This document shows positions 12,863 to 24,800 of a stretch of 64,000 bases of DNA, piece after piece (position 1 is the stretch's first letter; the number at the start of each line of letters is the position of its first letter). The translations under genes and the position numbers were made by a program. Source of the stretch: Octopus bimaculoides (Eukaryota); NCBI RefSeq assembly GCF_001194135.2, contig NC_068981.1, positions 152,898,905-152,962,904 on the forward strand. The letters are read 5' to 3'. The notes beneath the pieces are model-generated. The model saw only the letters and a program-made list of their open reading frames with translations. It was not told the origin of the DNA and ran no database searches.

Positions 12863-15800
12863 ATGTATGTACAGGGTGCAGTGCTGCACCTATAGCCTTC
12901 TGGCAGAAGATCTGCCTGAGGTTAAACTAATAGTAACATTAAACAGTCTATTGATGTGGCGATTAACTTTACCTGTTAGTATAGTTACTACTTTAATCTC
13001 TTCTTGAGATTTTACAACTAACTACTTTGGATTTAAGATTATTATTTTATTTCTAAAGATAATATTAATCATCCACAAAATTAATCTCATTCTAATTTCT
13101 GTTTAGAAACAAAAGAACTGGTTGCAGAGATGAAAGGTCATCAGACTGCTATAAATAATATCTCAGTTCATGCCAGTGGAAAGTTTGCCATCACTGTATC
13201 TGTTGATGATGCTCTTCTTTGGAATCTTGAAAAGTTTCAGCAACTGAAGAAATTAAGTATCAACGAAAACATCTGCATAACAGAGGTAGATATAAATTTT
13301 ATGTAATTTTAATTTACTGTATTCTTGAAATATATTCATTTTCTTTTGTAAAAGTGGAGTTTTAAAGACTAGTGTGGGAGTGGCATGCTAACATCTTTGA
13401 CAATTTAACTGGACCTTAAAATAACCTCATAGTTGCAATGTGAGCTTATTTGCCACACAGCCATGCTAGTGCATGTGGAACGTTAAAAGCACCATTTGAG
13501 CGTGATCGTTGCCAGGGCCGCTGACTGGTTCCTGTGCTGGTGGCACATCAAAAAGCACCACTTGAGCATGGTCATTGCCAGACTGGCTCCTATGCAGGTA
13601 GCACGTAAAAAGCACCATTTGAGCATGGCCAATGCCAGTACCGCCTGACTGGCCCTCGTGCTGGTGGCACATAAAAGCACCCACTGCACTCTTGGAGTAG
13701 TTGGCGTTAGAAAGGGCATCCAGCTGTAGAAACTTGCCAAATCAGCTTGGAGACTGGTGCAGCCTTCTTGCTTGCCAGCTCTCAGTCAAACTGTCCAACC
13801 CATGCCAACATGGAAAACAGACGTTAAACAAGGATGATGATGATGATATACATATATATATATATATATATATAAAAGCTGAACATTAGAAGCATCAGTT
13901 GTGGCGTGCAAGAGAGACGATTGCGCTGGTACGGACATGTGGTGAGAATGGAGGAGGATAGCTGCGTGAAAAAGTGCCACACCCTAACAGTTGAGGGAAC
14001 CCGTGGAAGAGGTAGGCCCAGGAAGACCTGGGCTGAGGTGGTGAGGCAAGACCTTCGTACATTGGGCCTCACCGAGGCGATGACTACAGACCGAGACCTT
14101 TGGAAATGTGCTGTGGGTGAGAAGACCCGGCAAGCCAAGTAAGATCGTTGCCAGTGCCCNNNNNNNNNNNNNNNNNNNNNNNNNNNNNNNNNNNNNNNNN
14201 NNNNNNNNNNNNNNNNNNNNNNNNNNNNNNNNNNNNNNNNNNNNNNNNNNNNNNNNNNNNNNNNNNNNNNNNNNNNNNNNNNNNNNNNNNNNNNNNNNNN
14301 NNNNNNNNNNNNNNNNNNNNNNNNNNNNNNNNNNAGACACCATTTCGAGCGTGGCCGTTTTCGTGCGGGTGACATGTAAAAGCACCCACTACACTCTCTG
14401 AGTGGTTGGCGTTAGGAAGGGCATCCAGCTGTAGAAACTCTGCCAAATCAGACTGGAGCCTGGTGTTGCCATCCTGTTTCACCAGTCCTCAGTCAAATCG
14501 TCCAACCCATGCTAGCATGGAAAGCGGACGTTAAACGATGATGATGATGATGATGATATAAATTTAAAATAAGCTGAAAATGGAGGAAACTTTTGATCAA
14601 CAACAGATTGACCAATATCAGCTAATTATTTTTTAATACAAATCTTAGCATTTCTTATGGCCGTTTCAGCTGCCAATGTTAGTCGGTACCTACAAAGAAA
14701 ATTCCAAAAATAATATTCATCATCTTTACAGCAATTCAGTCTGGTACATGGAGCTTCATCAGAGTGAAAACAAATACATAAAATAAAAGAAGGAAAGAGG
14801 GGAAAAGGAAAGAACAGGGCCTTGAGATAAGGCCAGAAGGCTCAATATATTAGAATCGTACTATTTTGCAGTGTGAAGCCTGAAGTCAATGCGCAAAAGA
14901 GTAAACTAGCAAATAATTTAGAGAAATAATTTGTGGGTTATCTCTTATTTTAGGGGCACTAAGGTGTATAAATAATAGCAACACTTAGAAGAACTATTAT
15001 AATAATAATAGAAATACAATAAATAAAATAGCGAGGTGAGTTAGACGAGGTATGAAGGATGCCAATAAATCCACTAATCACAAAGACAACAGTAATAACT
15101 TAAAATATTATCTGCAGAAACTGAGTCCTAGCACTACTAATGGCAGTATTAATGCACATAACCTAGATAATAAAACTAATGGTAATAAACATATACACCA
15201 CACATATCTCTCTAACAGCTATAAACATGTGTCTTCAGTAAGATAACCGGTAAAGCGAGAGACATTAACTGGCTCATACTCCCATATGCAATGCTAATAA
15301 AGACCGACTTAGCTAAGCTAATATTTAACACTATAAATAAACACTTTGATAAGAATAGCAGGTATTCGAAACTTATTAATACTAAAGTAATAAAGATAGG
15401 TTATAGTCTCATGCTTAGCTTAGCCAGCATCATTTCCTCTCTAAATAATAAAAAACTAGACATTTTCTATTTAGATAGAAGCAACAATAACAATATCAGT
15501 AATAGTAAGAATAAAAATAATAAACCCCATAACCACTCCAAATTTAGTAAAGGGAACACTCGGAACCATAATAACCCTATTAATCTTAATCGACTTAGCA
15601 TTATTCCACCAGAAAGTAATTCCCCACCACAGCCCAATCTATGTGACTGTAGGATACCAGTAGTAAGAATGGATATTCTTATCCCTTAGAGAGTTATTCC
15701 AATTGCTAACTCTGCTTGCCTTTTATATATATATATATATATAAGGGTAAATTTAGACAGCTTTCTGTAGATTGAAAAGAAATGATGAACAGCCTTAATT

Positions 15801-18800
15801 AATTTTTGAATCTTATTGGGTTCTCATCAATTTCAGAGGAACAAGCAGTCAATCTGTTTACATACTCCACACATCCGATAGTTACAGAATGCTGGAGCTA
15901 CTAATTTGCATACCATAAGTGTTTAGCATTTTATTTAATATCAGTATTGGTGTCATCTGAAAAACACCCAGTGTACTCTGTAAAGTGGTTGGTGTTAGGA
16001 AGGGCATCCAGCTGTAGAAACTTTGCCAAAACTGATAATAGAACTTGGCATAGCCCTCTGGCTTGCCAGCTCTTAGAGAATGGACATTAAATGATGAGGA
16101 TCATGATGATGTTGATAATTTATATGTTGGTTTATTTGCAAAAAATATCCTAAAACATAATACTTTCTTACACATTCTTTTAATTGTCTTTCATTTAATA
16201 CTTAATTTTTCTTTCAGGTATTCTTTCTCCCTTTGAGTAATATTATCATTACCTGTTTCAAAGATGATTCAATATTTGGTTGGGATCTAGAAACACTTAG
16301 TTGCAAATTTGAACTGCCGATTCCATCTGGTAAAAAGACAAAATACAAAACACTTGCTTCCACACGGTAAGAAACTGTTAATTTTGCAAAAAGAAGTCAT
16401 TTTGAATATCATAGGTTCAGGAGTGGCTGTGTGGTTAAAAATCTTGCTTTCCAGTCATGTAGTTTTGGGTTCAGTCCTATTTTGTGGCACTTTGGGCAAA
16501 TTCTAGACAAACTGAGGTTACAATCTAATTTTAATTCCCACTTAACACAATTAGTATTCTTGAAAATTTTTTTCTAATTTTGTCACAAGACTAACAATTT
16601 TAGTGGGAAGAAGTTAGTTAATTACATTGACCCCAGTACTTCTCTGTCATTTTATTTTATTAACTCCAAAAGGATGAACGGCAATGTTGACCATGGCAGG
16701 ATTTGAACTCAGAATATAAGAGCCAGCAAAAATGTTGCTAAGCATTTTTCTTCATATGTTTACAATTCTACCAGCTATCCCCTTGAATAATCTATTCTAA
16801 TATAAGCAGAAGGCCTGAAATTTTATGAAGCTGATTACATCAACCCCAATATTGAAGTGGTACTTTGTTTTATCAAATCGAAAAAGATGAAAGGCTAAGT
16901 TAACCTCGGTAGGATTTTAATTCAGATTGTAAAGTGGCAGAAGAAATGCTGCTAAACATTTTGTCTGACATGCTAACAATTTCTCCAGCTCACCACCTTA
17001 AATAATGAATGAACATTTCAACCGCACATTTATTCTTGTATGACAGTGAGACTTGAATGCTTGTATAACAAATCAGGAAAAATGTTTATTTTCTTTAAAT
17101 ATAATAGCTCACTATTTCTTTACACTTCTCCAGGAGCGGTCGTACACTGGCCGCTGCAGGCCACTCGAGATTTATAAGCCTGTTTGCCTTGGACACACAC
17201 ACCTTATTTCGGGTGATAGAGCTGCCCGGCAAAGTTACCATTGTGAAACAGCTTGTTTTTCTCTCAGACAGTTTTGATAAAGGATCAAATAAGGTAAGAA
17301 CAAATTCTTTCTGAAGATTAAAGTCATGTTGTTTTTGTTGTAGTATTGTGTAACCCTAAGTTCCTTCTGATAAGGCAGGCCCACAGTATGCAAATAAGAG
17401 GCCAAATTACTCGGTGTGGCCCACAGATCTAGTGTTCTGGATGTACCATATTTCTACTTAGTTGAGGCCCATACTGCTCAGTTCAACATTCAATGGTTAA
17501 CTGTGCACAGTGCACCATTGTAGCTTAGACATGTTGTCTTCTCTTCATTGTTAAATCTACTTCTTTATACTTGAGTTGTCTAGTCTTAAATCAACACTGA
17601 TGAAGCTGACCTATAATCAAAGGCATTCCAGCCATGCCTATCTTGTCTTTGTAGAGTTTTGTTTTGTACAGCATTATCCAGTGTACCCTTTATTTAAGGC
17701 AGTAAAGTGTGCGTTGCAGGATATTTTGCTATTATTTTTAACAGGTTGAGCAACCACATTGAGGTTCTCTGATCTAGATGTTAAACATCAACTATCAATT
17801 GCATCTAGATAGTTATCTGAGCAGCACATGGGTTACTGTTAATTACTCTATTGCATCATCTATCCTATACACCTGACTTCTCATTCCCTTTCTCCTCTTA
17901 CAAGAGCATCAAAAACAAAATCAAAACTGAACTGATAGTAATCATTCACTAACTATAATTTATAATTTTCTGTTTTTTCTTTCAGATACTTGGTGCCTTG
18001 TGTCAAGATGGTATTGCAAGATTCATGGATATTCACTCATGTAAACTGCTCTTTGATATTGGTACCATCGAATACCGAATACACAGTATTTCAAGTAGTC
18101 TTATGGGGAAACATTTAATTGGTTTAATGGATTCTGGTAATATGAACATTTACAGTCTCCCAGCTCTCACTTCAGAACTGAATAAGGTATGCTATTTGGA
18201 TTCCAGTTTCTAAGATATTTACATTTATATCTATTTGCTAATTTGGGATGATTATTGCTTAATCCCATGTCAGCCTTAACTATCATCATCATCATCTTTT
18301 AAGGTCTATTTTCCATGCTGGCATTGGTTGGTCACTTTGACCGGAACTGGCAAGCCACAGAGCTGCACCACATTCCAGTTTGATTTGACTTGGTTTCTTT
18401 GACTGGACGCCCTTCCTAAAACCTACCATTTCTCAGTGTGTGCCGAGTGCTTTTAACATGCCACCAGCACAAGCGCTTTTATGTGGTACCAGCATAAGTC
18501 TTGTTACCTGGCACCAGCACAAATGCTTTTTTTACCTGGCACTAGCAGGAGTGCTCATTACCTGGCACCAGCATGAGTTTTTTTCACTTGGCACCAGCAC
18601 CTTTTTTTTTTTTCCTGGCACCAGCATGGGTGCTTCTTACCTAGCACCAGCATTAGTGATTTTACCTGGCACCTGCATGAGTTTTTTTTTTCACCTGGCA
18701 CTAACACATGTGCTTTTTACCTGGCACCAGCATGAGTGCTTTTTGCATGGCACCAGCACGAATTCTTTTTACCTGGCACCAGCAGGAGTGCTTTTTGCCT

Positions 18801-21800
18801 GGCACCAACACAAGTGTTTTTTACGTGGCAGTAGCACAGGACTCTTGCAGGCCAATCCTCTTTAACAAGGGATATGATAATCTCAAGTGGTAATCTTGAT
18901 CTCCAATTTGATGTGGAGGTTGTGTTAGAACACAGAATATTGCACTGTTCTCATAAAGACTCATGATGCATAAAAGCACTCTTATATCATTGACAGACAA
19001 GAATTGTTTGCTACAGCAGCTGTGTTTATTGTAACATGCACCTAAGTCATGACCCAACTCCATCTTTTAATATTAAGGATTGCATTGTTCAATATATCCT
19101 TCTTTATTTAAGATGGTAGGGTGTGATTTAAGGGTAATTTTGCTGCAGTTTCTAGTAAGTTAAGTAACCACTTTGAAGTTCTCCCATTGTCACATGCATG
19201 TTATAGTGAGTCTAACTCACACAGCTATGCACTTATACTTCAGTCAACATGATCACCAATTAATTGATTTATAGTTTAGGTGGCTGAGTATTTCACAGGC
19301 ATTTATTCTCTAAACATAAAGCTCAGGCAGAATCAGCATGACACTGTGTATAGTTTAGCTAAGCCTATGAATTAAAAATACACCCTGTCCAACAAGCTTC
19401 CACACAATTTCCATATATCCAATTTTGAGTAGGTTTGTAAGGCTTGTTTTAACTTGAATCTATGATAGAGACACCTGTTCAAGATTTTGTTCTGTGAGAT
19501 CCATTCTGGAATGAAGTGATTTTGAAACAAACTTTTTTAATTACACGGACATGTGCTCATATGTGTGAAATAATTGTTTCTAACTCAGATACAAGGCCAG
19601 TAGTTTTGAGGCCAAGGTAGAAGGATTTTGATGAACCACATTGACTCCAATGCTTGATGAAGGGCAAAGTTGACCTCAGCAGGATTTTATTTCACAATGT
19701 AAAGAGCCACAGCAAATACAGCAAGGCATTTTGTCTGATGATTTAACTATTCTGCCAACCCACTGCTCTGTATGTGAGAAATAATAATAATAATAATATT
19801 TTTTTCTAATTTTGGCACAAGTCTAGTAATTTTAGGGTGATGGGGTTAGTTGATTACATTAGTCCTAGTATTTCTCTGGTGCCTTATTTTATTGACCCTG
19901 TAAAGATGAAAAGCAAAGTTGACTACGGTAGGATTTGATCTCAAAATATAAAGTGCCAGAAGAAAAGCTGCTAAGCATTTTGTATTATGTACTAACAATT
20001 CTGCCAACTCACCACCTAAATAATAATGATGATAATGGTTTGTTATAGCACTTCATAGGTGCAGGAGTGGCTGTGTTGTCAGAAGTTTACTTTCTGACCA
20101 TGTGATTCCAGGTTCAGTCCCACAGCATGGCACCTTGGACAAATGTCTTCTTTTATAGGCTTGGGCTGACCAAAGCCTTGTGAGTGGATTTGGTTGGCGT
20201 AAACTGATAAAAGCCCATTTTGTGTGTGTGTGTGTGTGTGTGTTTCTGTTTCTGTCTGTGTTTCTCCCCCTCCACCACTTGACAAGCGGTGTGTTTATTT
20301 CCTTGAGCAGTTTGGCAATAGAGACTGATAGAATAAGTACCAAGCTCAAAAAAGTAAATGTATTGGGGTCAATTGGTTCAACTAAAATTCTTCGAGGTGG
20401 TGCCCCAGCATGGCCACTGGGTAATGACTGAAATAAGTAAAAGCTAAAAGATAAAATACTCCTGTAGGACTGCTTTATTGTGTTTATTTCTATCTTCCAG
20501 AATCTGTCTTTTCCTTTTCATAGTACTGAAGTTTGCTTTGATTAGTGTAATTGGTGGACTTGTATTTAACTTTACTGCTAATCTTAACTATTCTTTAATC
20601 ATTTTCTAGCCTCCTCCACCTGTTGTAAAAGCAGTCAGAAAAACAAAATCTTTTGAGGAATTCATCAAAAGCAGCTATAAAAGTAGTGATAAGCCATCTT
20701 CTGATTCTTCAGAGGTGAGTTCTGTAAAGGCTTCTAAAGAATATTTCACTTTCAATTACACAGCAAGTTGAATGTTTCATTGTTTAAAAATATAATGAGT
20801 GATTTTTGGGTACAGGTTCACAGAAGTAGAAATTAATGAAAGGGTTCTTATTACACATGTCTTCAAATCCATTATACTGTGAAAAATTTGCTGACCAGAG
20901 AAATAACAACAGCATCATGGCTTGTAGCTTATTGTACACTAGAAAGGGACTTAACTCATGTTTGCAGATGGCTCCGACTTGAAAATTGTTAGAAATTATG
21001 GTTTAAAATTATTTTTAATGCAAAAATTCATGTGTTAGGAAGTAACAAAAAGAAAAACAAATGGCCGATTCCGGGCATTTTCGACCATGAGGAATCCATT
21101 GGTGCAACTCCCAAATTGCTCTCTTGTAAGGTGTGGATTTCTATAGATGCAACACACACACACACACACACTCAAAAACTCAGCTTTACAATATGTACTG
21201 ATGATTCAACAAAACATATAAGTTTCCTTTCTTTCCAGCCTTCTCAAGTCCTCTGCATTCAAAGCCCATGTCTCACTACCATGAGCATTGCCGTTCTAAA
21301 ACAAGCATCATACAATCTACTCTTTACTCTGAGGGAAATTATCTTTGTTACTAGCAACAGCAGTAGTGGCCCTCTAAAATTTTGTTGTATTCTTACCATA
21401 GTTATTATATTTTTGGAGCAACTACTTTCCTTGCTAATTATATCTCCTGGGTAACAAAAGCTCTCTGTGACCTTCATAACTTGATCCAGTTGTTTGATTC
21501 CTTAATAATTTCATCTCTCTAAGGCATTATCTCCTTTGCCTTTGTAGCAGTTTACAATGGCACTACTGCATCAGTCATTGGGTATAACACCTTCCTGTAC
21601 AGTTTGACTAATTATCCAGATGCTAATCATGTATCCTACCTCATGAAATATTTTGAGCATCTTTACAACTATCTAGACCCACAGCTTCCCCTCTTTTCAT
21701 GCCCTTAATTGCTTTATCTAACATGCTACTGTCAACTTAAATTGCCTGTCCTTTATAGGGTGAGCATGAAGTAGCCCTTGTATATTGTATGCGTTCTCCA

Positions 21801-24800
21801 CATTTTATAACATCAGCCTTTTATGATAATACTTCTGTATGACTTTCTTGTCTTCTATACTGATGGTGAGTATGTCTTCATCATCCAAATACATTTCTCA
21901 TTTTTTGATATCTCAGATTTTTCTCACACATCGTCTTGCAATCTTGAACACCTTATACCTTTGTTCTTCACATTGCAGGACCTGCACAAATCTCTTCCTT
22001 TATATTTCGCTTTAAGCCAAGCATACCTATCCTCTAGCTGTCTCTCAAGCTATTTGATAATGCTTCCTACTGATGGATGTAAAAATAAACATATAAATAT
22101 ATATATAAAAATACTAACCAGCTACTGACATAAACAATAAGAAACAGAAGCCATGAAATAGGTAGAAGCTCAAAAAGACTTGGGAAATGATTTTCTTAGA
22201 CTAGCCAGACTTTATTGTGTTCTCATCAGTTGTGTTTTCCTTTCTTCTACAGGACAAGGATTTGGATGAAAGTATTGATAAAGATCGGCTGTACCGTATA
22301 CTAAAAGGACATGGAGAGTATCCTGAGAAATACAGGTTAGAGATTTGGAATATTTGATTGAAGAGTAATCAAACTTTAGATAAACATTATATATTTATGC
22401 AATTTCCTGCTAAATCCAGCAGTGTATATTAGTTTTTGTTTTAGTCAGAAGTGCAGTGCTCATAACCTTTGATGGGGTACCTGAGACAAGAAGGAGGAAG
22501 TGAAAAAGTTGTCTTCACACCAGAGACTTGGCCTAACTGCTTGTAACAGTGATCTCTATTAAAGGCATCCAAAAGCAAGGTGGTGACTCTAAATTCAATG
22601 ATGGATTAAGTCTGCTACTCAGCAACAAGAATGGCTCCTCCAACTGACTTCCACATAGTTTCCATCTATCACATTTCACTTATAAAGCTTTGGTTGACTC
22701 AAGGCTATGACAGGAGACACCCAAGGTGTCACGATGATAGGATTGAACCTAAAACTACATAGTTTCAAAAGAACTTCTTAACCTTACAGTCTTAACAGAA
22801 ATCTAAAATCGAAATTAAACCTTTCTTTGTGTTTTACTATCTATAACAACTCCCTGTATAAAATTTGATCTCATTCCCTGATATCTTAAATTAACATTTT
22901 AATTTCTACTTTTGATAATGTTCATTAGGTTACAAACTTTTGTCATGTTGTTTTATACAGATTTTTCATCTGGAGATCATTGTTGAAATTGCCTGAGAAC
23001 CACACAGCTTATGCTGCTCTTGTTGACAAAGGGAACCACTCATCATTTATCACATTGCAAGAGTATTATCCAGTCAAGAGTCAAAGACTGTTTAGATTAT
23101 TGCAGAGGTAATATTCTTGTACCTTTAAACATTTTTGTATTTGAAAAAACATGAACTATTTCAGTCATCCAGCTAGAGAAAATCTGCCTTAATAAAACTC
23201 TAGTTGACCCATGCCAGCATGGAAAAATGGACATTAAAATGATAATGATGATGATGATGATGATATATGTGTGTGTGTGTGTGTATGTGTAGGGAGGTTA
23301 TATTCCACTCGTGTTATAAATGGTATTATATCAAAAACGGTAACTTAGCCATTCAGTGTTTGTATTAGTGTGTATAAGTACTGGGGTTGATATGATTGAC
23401 TAAATCCCTTAAGAACTGTAACCTGTCATGGCTGCTATTTCTATGTCTGAAGCCATTAAAACAACTGTGGCTTAAACAAATGTTGATAGTCTTATAAACT
23501 CAGTTTTAATTTTAATATCCATTTCCATGACTCTGTTATGGTTTTCTACACAACTTCTAAATTTTTCATTCTTCCTATGTTTATCAATTTTCATTTTGTA
23601 ATGTATATTTTAAAACAGAAGAAAAGCTTACAAAACAAACCTTGTCATAAAGTAAGGTGTTTTTATTCTACAGTTATATACATTGAACCTCCAAGCTGAC
23701 CTTCTGTTCATGTGGATTGTAAACAATACCACTACAGCCCAATTTGTGTCAATGTCAAGACAAACATATACACAAATGCACACACACACACACATGCATG
23801 CAACAACTTCCTTTATAGTTTCCATCTACTAAGTTTCGCTCACAAAACACTGGTAAATCCAGGGTTATAGTCAAAATGAAGGCAAATAGCCTAGTGGTTT
23901 GGGTATTCATCTTATGATCCTAAAGTCATGAGTTTGATTCCAAGTGGTACATTTTGTTCTTCAGCAAGACACTTTATTTTACATTGCTCCTGTTCACTCA
24001 GTTGGCAAAAATGAGTAGTACCTGTATTTCAAAGGGCCAGCCTTGTCACATTGTGTCATGCTGAATTTCCCTGAGAACTACTTGAAGGGTACACATGTTT
24101 GTGGAGTGCTCAGCCAGTTGCACGTTAATTTAATGAGTTGGCTGTTCCATTGATCGGATCAGCTGGAACCCTTGTCACCATAACCAACAGACTGCCAGTT
24201 ATAGTTGAAGACATTTGTGTAAGTGCCACATTGTGGTTAAGTAGTGAATGTCTTATCCACACATCCATGCCTAGGTCTACATTTGAGCTTTAAAATCTAA
24301 TTTATGCCAATGCTAATGAATTGGCTATAGTGTAACTTTTGTTTCTTTGTAGGGTTCTGTCAGCTTTAGCTCATTGGTCTCCAATTTTAGCTGAAACCAA
24401 ATATTTACCTGCTCTGGTGTTTCCATTCCTAAAAGTGTTTCACCAAAATCATTTATGTTGTTTTGAGATAGTTGCCACCTTCATCAGTAAGTTAATACTT
24501 TTCTCTGATAATCTTTGTTAAATAATTATTTCTTTATTTCCAAAAACTGTTTATAATGAAACCATCATATGATTGTATTGATTGTAATAACTAATTCTTT
24601 ACTTTAAGGTTTTACACCTTGACAGTAGACTTAACCAGACATCCTGTCAATAGGTGAGGGTTCTCTCTGTAGCAAAAGACTGCATAAATTATTGAAGCCA
24701 AGGTTAAGATATTTATAATATTGATTTATTTCATTAATATATCCATTGTTTTTCTGCCATTTTATCAGGAGCCTTTTATGGAATCCACAATATTTGAAGC

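Noticed and set aside
18440-18840. Repeat array superficially like a CRISPR array
   Set aside because: Degenerate tandem units without unique spacers, derived from the LINE 3' UTR; eukaryotic context with no cas genes.
20056-20130. tRNA-like A/B boxes here and at many other sites
   Set aside because: These are SINE heads continuing into SINE bodies; no complete cloverleaf was seen.
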